Source: Longimicrobiales bacterium (GTDB lineage Bacteria; Gemmatimonadota; Gemmatimonadetes; Longimicrobiales; Gaopeijiaceae). From it: a stretch of 64,000 bases of DNA. This document shows, piece by piece, positions 41,659-49,955 of the stretch. The notes under the pieces are model-generated. The model was given only the letters and a program-made list of their open reading frames with translations, did no database searches and was not told the origin of the DNA. Where the stretch lies: NCBI GenBank assembly GCA_965197725.1, contig CBDANQ010000061.1, positions 202,515 through 266,514 on the forward strand. Direction: 5' to 3'. The position numbers and the translations under genes are program-made. Position 1 is the first letter of the stretch; each line of letters opens with the position of its first letter.

Positions 41659-42368
41659 CAGGCGTCTCCCTCGGTCTCATCCGAAGCGAGCGTGCCGACT
41701 TCGGCGGGTGCGACCTCCTGCGGGTCGTGTCCAGCACTCAGGTCCTCGGCGAGGTAGAAGCGCTCGACATCCTGGTTGAGCGCCCGGCGAGTCTGTTCCG
41801 CCCGAGAGAAGCGGCCGCGCAGCGGGAAGTCCTTCCTGAGCGGGTGACCCTCGGCGTAGTCGTCCGGCATGAGGATGCGGCGAAGATCCGGGTGGCCCTT
41901 GAAGGTCACGCCGAAGAGATCGAAGACCTCACGCTCCAACCAGTCCGCGACTTTCCAGAGGTCGACGATCGAATCGATCTCGAGCGTATCGAGCGGAAGC
42001 TCACACCGGACACGCAGCTCGCGCTTGTGCACCGTCGAGAACATCTGGTAGACCACGTTCACCGGCCGGCCGCCCCCATAGTCCACCGCGGTCACGTCCG
42101 ACATCATGTCAAATTGATGATCCGGATCCGCCTGCAGCCAGCTCAGGATCTCGTGGCTCTTGTCAGGCGCGATCCAGACGACGTGTTGACCGCCCGCATA
42201 TACGCGGTGCCGTACCACCGCATCGCCGAAGCGCTCCATGAGCGCGGCGACCGAAGTGTGCTCGCTCGGATCGCCCTCTGGGCCGCTGTGGTGTGCACCG
42301 GATACGTCAGAGGAGACCGGACCGTCGTCGACCGCATCCAGTCCGTTCTCGTCTTTCTCGTCTGTCAT
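41658..42368 (-). CDS. nuoC: NADH-quinone oxidoreductase subunit C
   Basis: VTAVDY, ADWLEREVFDLFG, GHPDLRRILM, GHPLRKDFPL. Confidence 0.95.
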   Translation of the reverse strand: MTDEKDENGLDAVDDGPVSSDVSGAHHSGPEGDPSEHTSVAALMERFGDAVVRHRVYAGGQHVVWIAPDKSHEILSWLQADPDHQFDMMSDVTAVDYGGGRPVNVVYQMFSTVHKRELRVRCELPLDTLEIDSIVDLWKVADWLEREVFDLFGVTFKGHPDLRRILMPDDYAEGHPLRKDFPLRGRFSRAEQTRRALNQDVERFYLAEDLSAGHDPQEVAPAEVGTLASDETEGDA

Positions 42369-42371
42369 AGG

Positions 42372-43059
42372 CTAAGGGGGGGGTGTCCTCGGAGGTCGAC
42401 CCCGCACGCACCTCCTCCCCGCTCGACAGCTGATCCTGCTGCGTCGAATTCCCAAACGGACCCGAGAGCTCGGCCACTTCCAGGTCGCTCGCCCGCGGCT
42501 TCGCCACGAGTGTCGGGTCCTCGGCGCGGTGCTCGAAGTGACGCGTGAGCGACTCCTGGCGGATCTTCTCCTGGATCATCATCAGCCCATAGATCAAGCC
42601 TTCCGGACGCGGCGGGCACCCCGGGATGTAGACGTCGACTGGAACGATCGTATCGATTCCCTGCACCATCGAATACACGTCGAACACACCGCCCGAGCTC
42701 GCACACGCGCCCATCGAGATGCACCACTTGGGTTGCGGCATCTGATCCCAAACTCGGCGCAGGACCGGAGCGAGCTTGTACGGCACTCGCCCCGCGCAGA
42801 TGAGCACGTCGGCCTGACGCGGGCTGAACGACATGCGCTCCATACCGAAGCGAGCGAGGTCGAAATTGGACGCCGCTGACGCCATCATCTCGATCGCGCA
42901 GCAGGCGGTGCCGAAGGGCATCGGCCAGAGCGAATTCCTCCGGCCCCAGTTGACGATCCAGTCGACCTTGCTGGTCAGGAAGGTCGGGCTACCCGCTCCC
43001 AAGATTCCACCCGTCGTCGCGCTCGTGCCTCCGCCTGGCAGAATATCTTTCAGTCCCAT
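42372..43059 (-). CDS. nuoB: NADH-quinone oxidoreductase subunit B (true stop probably near 42372)
   Basis: FGTACCAIEM, SPRQAD, MGACA, PGCPPRPE; as sequenced reads on to 42307, but removing one G from the G8 run at 42376-42383 gives TAG just before nuoC. Confidence 0.9.
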
Positions 43060-43406
43060 TCGAGACCTCCCTTCTTCCATTCATAGAGGAGACCGACGGC
43101 GAGAACGACGACGAACATGCTCATCGCCAGGAAGGCGCTCCAACCCAACTCGCGCATCTGCACCGCCCAGGGAATCAGGAAGATCGTCTCCAAATCGAAC
43201 ACGATGAAGCTGATCGCAACCACGTAGAACTTCACGGAGAAACGTGCCCGCGTACTCCCGAGCGGGATCATGCCCGACTCGTAGGGCATCAGCTTCTGGG
43301 GCGTGTCGCGGCGCGGGTTCAGGATGTGCGATGCAACCACCATCCCGATTGCGTTCACGATGGAAACGCCGACCAGCAGAAGGAGGGGGAGGTAGGCTCC
43401 CGACAT
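43050..43406 (-). CDS. nuoA: NADH-quinone oxidoreductase subunit A
   Basis: PYESG, FSVKFY, FIVFDLE, YEWKKGGLEW. Confidence 0.96.
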   Translation of the reverse strand: MSGAYLPLLLLVGVSIVNAIGMVVASHILNPRRDTPQKLMPYESGMIPLGSTRARFSVKFYVVAISFIVFDLETIFLIPWAVQMRELGWSAFLAMSMFVVVLAVGLLYEWKKGGLEWD

Positions 43407-43419
43407 GGTGCCGGTGGGG

Positions 43420-43437
43420 TTGTGAAATAGTTCACTA
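43420..43437. promoter_or_regulatory. Rex-like operator upstream of nuoA
   Basis: TTGTGAA-ATAG-TTCACTA, one mismatch to the Rex consensus TTGTGAA-N4-TTCACAA. Confidence 0.75.
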
Positions 43438-43446
43438 AGACGCGAA

Positions 43447-43476
43447 AAGTTACCCGGCGCGCCTCTGGAGTGTCAA
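43447..43476 (-). promoter_or_regulatory. Predicted sigma70 promoter of the nuo operon
   Basis: TTGACA-N18-TAACTT on the minus strand. Confidence 0.65.
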
Positions 43477-43513
43477 CCTGACGATCGGCGGTTTTGCGTT
43501 ATTTTTCGCCGGT

Positions 43514-43543
43514 TTGCGAGACCTTCCGTGACCCGTGTATGTT
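43514..43543 (+). promoter_or_regulatory. Predicted sigma70 promoter of dcd
   Basis: TTGCGA-N18-TATGTT. Confidence 0.4.
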
Positions 43544-43576
43544 GGGCGCTCCGGAGCGCCCACGCAGCGAGCCTAG

Positions 43577-44131
43577 ATGCCCATCAAGAGCGACAAGTGG
43601 ATCCGCCGCATGTGCGAAGAGCACCGCATGATCGAGCCCTTCGAGACCGGTCAGGTCCGGGAGGGAAAGATCTCCTACGGCATGTCCTCGTACGGCTACG
43701 ACATCCGAGTATCGTCCGAGTTCAAGGTGTTCACGAACGTGCACAACTCGATCGTGGACCCGAAGAACTTCGACGACCGCTCCTTCGTCGACATCGTCGG
43801 AGGGGAGTGCGTCATCCCGCCCAACTCGTTCGCGCTCGCTCGAACCGAGGAGTACTTCCGGATTCCACGTGATGTGCTCGTCTTGTGCGTGGGAAAATCG
43901 ACTTATGCGCGCTGTGGTTTGATCGTGAACGTGACGCCGCTCGAGCCGACGTGGGAGGGGTACCTCACGCTCGAGATCTCGAACACGACCCCCCTACCGG
44001 CGAAAGTCTACGGGGGCGAGGGGATCGCGCAGCTACTCTTCTTCGAGGGGGACGAGGAGCCCGAGGTGGCTTATGCGGACCGACAGGGCAAGTACATGAA
44101 GCAGGTCGGGGTCACGCTCCCGAAGATGTAG
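43577..44131 (+). CDS. dcd: dCTP deaminase
   Basis: [36 protein letters not shown]. Confidence 0.96.
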   Translation: MPIKSDKWIRRMCEEHRMIEPFETGQVREGKISYGMSSYGYDIRVSSEFKVFTNVHNSIVDPKNFDDRSFVDIVGGECVIPPNSFALARTEEYFRIPRDVLVLCVGKSTYARCGLIVNVTPLEPTWEGYLTLEISNTTPLPAKVYGGEGIAQLLFFEGDEEPEVAYADRQGKYMKQVGVTLPKM

Positions 44132-44377
44132 GTGGGAGGTGGGCAGCTCCAGCCGAAGAAGTCCCCCCGCCGACCGCCGATATTGTCGGCCCACGTCGCC
44201 GGGGGGAGGACGGCGGACCGATCAGGCCGCCGGAAATCGGTTCCACATCGATCGGTACCGACTGATTGGCCGACTTTTCCCCTTCCTGAGGTGGCGGCAT
44301 AGGTCCCGACCGCGTATGATGACTGAGTCTCCCAACGAAACCTTTCCTGGGGTCGGTCCACGGGAGAAGGGGGAGTC

Positions 44378-44803
44378 ATGTTGGTAGGCAGACTGGTGGC
44401 CCTGATCGAGGACCACGCGGACGAACTGACCGCGAGGGTCGTCCAAAAGCTGCGGGAGGACCCACGGACGCAGGAGTATCGCCGTTTCGATGCCAGCGAA
44501 CTCGACGCACGCGCCCGTAGCGTCTACGCGAACCTAGGCGGCTGGCTCGAGGTGACGTCCGAGGACACGGTCGAGGGGGAGTACTTCCGCCTGGGCCAGA
44601 TCAGGCGCGAGGAGGGCGTGCCGCTCTCTCAAGTTGTGATGGCGCTTCTCCTGACGCGTCGCAACCTCTGGCAGTTCGTGGAGTCCCAGGGTGCCGATTC
44701 CATGCTGGAGCTCCGCCAGCAGCTGGATCTCGAACTGCTCGTGGTACGCTTCTTCGACCGGGCCATCCACCATACCGTCCGCGGCTACGAGTCGGGGGCC
44801 TAG
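44378..44803 (+). CDS. Conserved hypothetical helical protein (possibly RsbRD-N-like)
   Basis: Good RBS (GGGGAG); LIEDHADEL..G..RREEGVPLSQVV.AL..FFDRA..GYE pattern. Confidence 0.7.
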   Translation: MLVGRLVALIEDHADELTARVVQKLREDPRTQEYRRFDASELDARARSVYANLGGWLEVTSEDTVEGEYFRLGQIRREEGVPLSQVVMALLLTRRNLWQFVESQGADSMLELRQQLDLELLVVRFFDRAIHHTVRGYESGA

Positions 44804-44820
44804 CTGCGGGTAAGGTGTCG

Positions 44821-44925
44821 GTCGCAAACAGTCTGCTCTTCGGAAACGTCGCCCAGCTAGCGGTGCAGATCACCTCGGTCGCCACGGTCTTCGTCTACAG
44901 TGCGGTGCTCACGTTCCTCATCCTT
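44821..44925 (+). pseudogene. amtB: Fragment of ammonium transporter (last TM helix)
   Basis: Translates as VANSLLFGNVAQLAVQITSVATVFVYSAVLTFLIL, matching the Amt C-terminal pattern GLLxGNxxQLxxQ..YS..TF.IL; no start codon or remainder. Confidence 0.6.
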
Positions 44926-45005
44926 GTACTTCCTATGCGTGGAGTCAGGAATTAGCTTGGTCAGGTCCGAGTGAATGAGGAACCTTCCTGTAGCGAGGGC
45001 GGGCA

Positions 45006-45563
45006 GTGACAACGTCGTCAACGTTGTACGGAATCGGGGTGGCCGCGCTGGCCATCGTTTCCACCGGGTGCGTTTCCTACATCCCCACCGAGCTAGAGAC
45101 CGTGGCGGCGGGTGCGGACGTGCGGGTCTACCTGACGCCTGAAAGAATGGCGGAGCTTAGGGCAGTTGACGAGCTAGGCCTGCCGCAGGAGGCGGCTTCT
45201 ACTTTGCTCAACGGCACCCTCGTGCGACGGGGCGGCGCTGGACTCGGCCTCAGGATCCCGATTGCAAGCCGTGAGATCGGGTTTCTAAGGAGCCCGATCC
45301 TCCGAGAGCTCAACATTTCTCCAAGCGACATTCTCCGAATCCAGCTGCGGGAGCTTGATCGGGGCAGGAGTGCGCTGGCCATAGCCGGCTCCGCAGGACT
45401 TCTGGCAGCCTTGCTGGTCGCCATGCTCAGCGGAGCAGAGAATAGGGTGCCGCCGTCATCCGGGCCGGATCCAGAGGCCAGCCGCATTCCCCTTTTGCTC
45501 TCCTCGCTGTTTCAGCTGTTTCACATAGGCGATCCGAGTCGGAGCTTTCCGGCAATCAGGTAG
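45006..45563 (+). CDS. Putative lipoprotein
   Basis: Hydrophobic N-terminus with lipobox-like VSTGC; C-terminal hydrophobic helix. Confidence 0.65.
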   Translation: MTTSSTLYGIGVAALAIVSTGCVSYIPTELETVAAGADVRVYLTPERMAELRAVDELGLPQEAASTLLNGTLVRRGGAGLGLRIPIASREIGFLRSPILRELNISPSDILRIQLRELDRGRSALAIAGSAGLLAALLVAMLSGAENRVPPSSGPDPEASRIPLLLSSLFQLFHIGDPSRSFPAIR

Positions 45564-45580
45564 GCTACTCGACGCTACCG

Positions 45581-45613
45581 AACGGCCCCCCTGGATGATC
45601 CAGGGGGGCCGTT
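45581..45613. terminator. 15-bp perfect hairpin downstream of ankyrin copy 1
   Basis: AACGGCCCCCCTGGA-TGA-TCCAGGGGGGCCGTT; weak U-tract. Confidence 0.6.
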
Positions 45614-45703
45614 GGCATACGGCCTTCCACTTCTGTTGGGGTACCGGCCCCTATCTATGGGCACCCTTCGCCATCGACGGTGATGCCATCTGACATCCGG
45701 CAG

Positions 45704-47446
45704 TCAGCACGTTATGCACATGTGGTTGTTCCTGACACCTATGCCCTCGAGCAGCGCGATGGTCTCCGGATAGGGCTGCGTGCGCTGCATGGGGCCGTTG
45801 GCCACGTCCACCGTGGTCCGTCCCCGGCGGTCCACAGCGAACGGATCGGCGCCTTGTTCCAACAGGTACAGGACCATCTCATTGTCGCCCCTGGACGCTG
45901 CATTGTGGAGCGGCGTCATGCCGTAGTAGTCCGGCTGAAGTACGTCGGCGCCCAACTCCTCTACCAGGTACTTCACGGCCGCGATCCAGCCATTCTCCAC
46001 ATGCCGGTGGGCGTTACCCACCCAGGCATCGGCGTACGAATATCCTGTGACCACGTTGATGGGGAAGACCGCGGGCGCCCCGACGGGCACCTCCGCCACG
46101 TCCACTGTCGGTGGCGGGTAGCTGAGGAACGCCGCATCGCGGGCCCTGCGGCGGCCCGCGGGTCTCTTGATCGGGATATGCGGGTCGGCTCCGGACCGGA
46201 CCAGCAGCTTCATGGCGTCCACGTCCAGGGCATGAGCCGCCCGTATGAACGCTGTCGCACCCACCCAGTCGAGCCGTAGGAGGTTGGCGCCCAGTTCCAT
46301 GTGCCAGATGTTGTACTCGAGACGCGCGTTCACATCCGCCCCAGCCTCCAGCAGCGCTTCCATGAGCTCCAGATAAGTCGTCTGCTGCTGCAGGTGTGCC
46401 GCTGAATGAGGAAACTTGCCCTCCGGCAGCCACTGGCGGCTGATCGTGGCAAAAAGCGGGTTGTCACCCGACGCACTGACCAGGTTGGGATCCGCACCCC
46501 GCTCCAGCAGCATCATCGCGATATTAAACTGGCCGTTGATCGCCGCCATCAGAAGGGGAGAGCTATGGTCTCCGGCAGTCACGTGGTTGACATCGGCACC
46601 CCCAGCCAGGAGGGCCTTGACCGCCTCGATGTTTCCGTCCCGGGCGGCGACGGTGAGCGCTGTCAGACCGCCGTAATCGCCGATCCAGTCCGTCATCCTC
46701 ATGACCGGAAGAGCACCGGCACCAGGCAGATCGGGCAGTGAGTCCCTCCCCCTGAGCGAACCCCGACCGCCACGACCCTGCGAGGAAGAACCGGGGAATT
46801 CCGCCAGGCCCAACCTCTCGTTGCGCGCCTTCTGCTCCGCTCTGTCGCCCTCGTTGCGCGCGGCGATGTCGATCACGCGCCCGGTGACCACCGGGTCGGC
46901 ACCGCTATGGAGCAGCGCCGTGACCGCCTCGGCCCGGTTCTTCGCGGCCGCAAAGATCAGCGGCGTGTGCCCCCACACGCTCTCCGTCTTGTCCAGCTCA
47001 GCACCGTGTTCCACCAGCGCTTTGATGGCCTCCACGTCGCCGGCAGCAGCGGAAAAATGCAGGGCCGAGACCCCACCCGTCGAGGTCAGGGCGTTAACGT
47101 CGACGCCCGCAGCCAGCAGCGACTTCAACACCTCTGCATGCCCTTCCCTACTGGCCAGATGCAGCGGCGTATAACTGCCGAGGCGTGTCTGAGCGTCCAC
47201 GCCAGCACCGGCGTAGATCAGGATCTCCGCTGTCTCGACATCGCCGTTCACCGCCGCCCAGTGGAGCGCGGTCATGCCATCGCCCTGGGCCGCGTTCACG
47301 TCTGCGCCATGCTTGAGCAGCGAGCGCACTGACTCCACATCGCCTCTCATGGCCGCGTCTGCCACCGGGGAATCCGGAGCCATGGCCCACAACACCCCCG
47401 TCAGAGCCAGAGCCGCGGTCACGTTCACGCGCAAGGTGTTGCTCAT
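45704..47446 (-). CDS. Secreted ankyrin-repeat protein with C-terminal CxxC, copy 1
   Basis: Signal-like N-terminus, repeated TALH/TPLH..GADVN units; ends NNHMCITC. Confidence 0.93.
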   Translation of the reverse strand: MSNTLRVNVTAALALTGVLWAMAPDSPVADAAMRGDVESVRSLLKHGADVNAAQGDGMTALHWAAVNGDVETAEILIYAGAGVDAQTRLGSYTPLHLASREGHAEVLKSLLAAGVDVNALTSTGGVSALHFSAAAGDVEAIKALVEHGAELDKTESVWGHTPLIFAAAKNRAEAVTALLHSGADPVVTGRVIDIAARNEGDRAEQKARNERLGLAEFPGSSSQGRGGRGSLRGRDSLPDLPGAGALPVMRMTDWIGDYGGLTALTVAARDGNIEAVKALLAGGADVNHVTAGDHSSPLLMAAINGQFNIAMMLLERGADPNLVSASGDNPLFATISRQWLPEGKFPHSAAHLQQQTTYLELMEALLEAGADVNARLEYNIWHMELGANLLRLDWVGATAFIRAAHALDVDAMKLLVRSGADPHIPIKRPAGRRRARDAAFLSYPPPTVDVAEVPVGAPAVFPINVVTGYSYADAWVGNAHRHVENGWIAAVKYLVEELGADVLQPDYYGMTPLHNAASRGDNEMVLYLLEQGADPFAVDRRGRTTVDVANGPMQRTQPYPETIALLEGIGVRNNHMCITC

Positions 47447-47550
47447 CCTACGCCTCCTCTTGGGCCAGGGACATCACTCGACTCCGTGGCGACGCGCTGC
47501 CCGTGAGACTCCTGGATGCCGGGCGCAACGCCAGCATGCACGTCGCATTT

Positions 47551-47579
47551 ACTTTAGATCCACGGTCCTGTCGCCGCAA
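47551..47579 (-). promoter_or_regulatory. Predicted sigma70 promoter for ankyrin copy 1
   Basis: TTGCGG-N17-TAAAGT, about 105 bp upstream of the ATG. Confidence 0.55.
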
Positions 47580-47752
47580 TGCTAAAGGTTCGGATCCCTG
47601 GCGTCGGCCTGAAGCCGCGCAACGAGAGTCAGCGACCACTGTTGCCGCAGCACGCTCGGCATTGCCCGGTTCTGGAGGCCGGCAGCGGGACAGGCCCTCA
47701 TTACACCCGCCAGAGCCGGGCTCATCGTGACGAGAAGCGGCGTACGCTACCG

Positions 47753-47785
47753 AACGGCCCCCCTGGATGATCCAGGGGGGCCGTT
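47753..47785. terminator. 15-bp perfect hairpin downstream of ankyrin copy 2
   Basis: Identical to 45581-45613. Confidence 0.6.
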
Positions 47786-47879
47786 GGCCTTCCACTCTGT
47801 CGGTACCGGCCCCTATTCTATGGCACGATCTATGGCACGCCCATCGCCATCGACGGTGATCCCGTCTCACATCCAGCGG

Positions 47880-49619
47880 TCAGCACGTAAGGCACATGTG
47901 GTTGTTCCTGACACCCATGCCCTCGAGCAGCGCCATGGTCTCCGGGTAGGGCTGCATGCGCTGATGGGGGCCGTTGGCCACGTCCACCGTGGTCCGTCCC
48001 CGACGGTCAAAAGCGTGCGGATCGGCGCCTTGTTTCAATAGGTACAGGACCATCTCATTGTCGCCCCTGGACGCTGCATTGTGGAGCGGCGTCATGCCGT
48101 AGTAGTCCGGCTGAAGCACGTCGGCGCCCAACTCCTCTACCAGGTACTTCACGGCCGGCATCCAGCCATTCTCCACATGCCGGTGGGCGTTACCCACAAA
48201 GGAATCGGCGTACGAATATCCTGTGACCACGTGGATGGGGAAGACTCCCGGCGCCCCGATGGGCACCTCCTCCAGCTGCTCCACTCCATCTTGCTGGTAG
48301 TTGAAGGACGTCGCATCGCGGGCCCCGCGGCGGCGCGCAGGTCTCTTGATCGCGATATGCGGGTCGGCTCCGGACCGGACCAGCAGCTTCATGGCGTCCA
48401 CGTCCAGGGCATGAGCCGCCCGTATGAACGCTGTCGCACCCACCCAGTCGAGCCGTAGGAGGTTGGCGCCCAGTTCCATGTGCCAGATGTTATACTCGAG
48501 ACGCGCGTTCACATCCGCCCCAGCCTCCAGCAGCGCTTCCATGAGCTCCAGATGAGTCGTCTGCTGCTGCAGGTGCGCCGCTGAATGAGGGAACTTGCCC
48601 TCCGGCAGCCACTGGCGGCTGATCGTGGCAAAAAGCGGGTTGTCACCCGACGCACTGACCAGGTTGGGATCCGCACCCCGCTCCAGCAGCATCATCGCGA
48701 TACCGAACTGGCCGTTGATCGCCGCCATCAGAAGGGGGGAGCTATGGTCTCCGGCAGTCACCTGGTTGATGTCGGCGCCCCCATCCAGGAGGGCCTCGAC
48801 CGTCTCAACGCTTCCGTCCCGGGCGGCGACGGTGAGCGCTGTCAGACCGCCGTAATCGCCGATCCAGTCCGGCATCCTCATGACCGGAAGAACACCGGCA
48901 CCAGGCAGATCGGGCGTTGAGTCCCTCCGCGAACCCCGACCGCCACGACCCTGCGCGGAAGAACCAGGAAACGCATCCAGGCCCAACCTCTCGTTGCGCG
49001 CCTTCTGCTCCGCTCTGTCGCCCTCGTTGCGCGCGGCGATGTCGATCACGCGCCCGGTGACCACCGGGTCGGCACCGCTATGGAGCAGCGCCGTGACCGC
49101 CTCGGCCCGGTTCTTCGCGGCCGCAAAGATCAGCGGTGTGTGCCCCCAAACGCTCTCCGTCTTGTCCAGCTCGGCACCGTGTTCCACCAGCGCTTTGATG
49201 GCCTCCACGTCGCCGGCAGCAGCGGAAAAATGCAGGGCCGCTACCCCACCCGTCGAGGTCAGGGCGTTAACGTCGACGCCCGCAGCCAGCAGCGACTTCA
49301 ACACCTCTGCATGCCCTTCCCTGCTGGCCAGATGCAGCGGCGTATAACTGCCGAGGCGTGTCTGAGCGTCCACGCCAGCACCGGCGTAGATCAGGATCTC
49401 CGCCGTCTCGACATCGCCGTTCACCGCCGCCCAGTGGAGCGCGGTCATGCCATCGCCCTGGGCCGCGTTCACGTCTGCGCCATGCTTGAGCAGCGAGCGC
49501 ACTGACTCCACATCGCCTCTCATGGCCGCGTCCGCCACCGGGGAATCCGGAGCCATGGCCCACAACACCCCCGTCAGAGCCAGAGCCGCGGTCACGTTCA
49601 CGCGCAAGGTGTTGCTCAT
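47880..49619 (-). CDS. Secreted ankyrin-repeat protein with C-terminal CxxC, copy 2
   Basis: As copy 1; ends NNHMCLTC. Confidence 0.93.
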   Translation of the reverse strand: MSNTLRVNVTAALALTGVLWAMAPDSPVADAAMRGDVESVRSLLKHGADVNAAQGDGMTALHWAAVNGDVETAEILIYAGAGVDAQTRLGSYTPLHLASREGHAEVLKSLLAAGVDVNALTSTGGVAALHFSAAAGDVEAIKALVEHGAELDKTESVWGHTPLIFAAAKNRAEAVTALLHSGADPVVTGRVIDIAARNEGDRAEQKARNERLGLDAFPGSSAQGRGGRGSRRDSTPDLPGAGVLPVMRMPDWIGDYGGLTALTVAARDGSVETVEALLDGGADINQVTAGDHSSPLLMAAINGQFGIAMMLLERGADPNLVSASGDNPLFATISRQWLPEGKFPHSAAHLQQQTTHLELMEALLEAGADVNARLEYNIWHMELGANLLRLDWVGATAFIRAAHALDVDAMKLLVRSGADPHIAIKRPARRRGARDATSFNYQQDGVEQLEEVPIGAPGVFPIHVVTGYSYADSFVGNAHRHVENGWMPAVKYLVEELGADVLQPDYYGMTPLHNAASRGDNEMVLYLLKQGADPHAFDRRGRTTVDVANGPHQRMQPYPETMALLEGMGVRNNHMCLTC

Positions 49620-49723
49620 CCTACGCCTCCTCTTCGGCCAGGAACATCACTCGACTCCGTGGCGACGCGCTCCCCGTGAAACTCGTGGATGCCGGGGGCA
49701 ACGCCAGAATCCACATTGCATCT

Positions 49724-49752
49724 ATGTTAGATTCACGGTCCTGTCGCCGCAA
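49724..49752 (-). promoter_or_regulatory. Predicted sigma70 promoter for ankyrin copy 2
   Basis: TTGCGG-N17-TAACAT, about 105 bp upstream of the ATG. Confidence 0.55.
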
Positions 49753-49817
49753 TGCTACGCGCGATCACCACCCGCCAGAGCCGGGCTCATCGTGACGAGA
49801 AGCGGCGTACGCTACCG

Positions 49818-49850
49818 AACGGCCCCCCTGGATGATCCAGGGGGGCCGTT
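49818..49850. terminator. 15-bp perfect hairpin downstream of ankyrin copy 3
   Basis: Identical to 45581-45613. Confidence 0.6.
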
Positions 49851-49955
49851 GGCCTTCCACTCTGTCGGTACCGGCCCCTATTCTATGGCACGTCTATGGC
49901 ACGATCTATGGCACGCCCATCGCCATCGACGGTGATCCCGTCTCACATCCAGCGG

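Noticed and set aside
45581..49850. CRISPR array from the 33-bp palindromic repeat
   Set aside because: Repeats are about 2 kb apart, separated by genes; no cas genes
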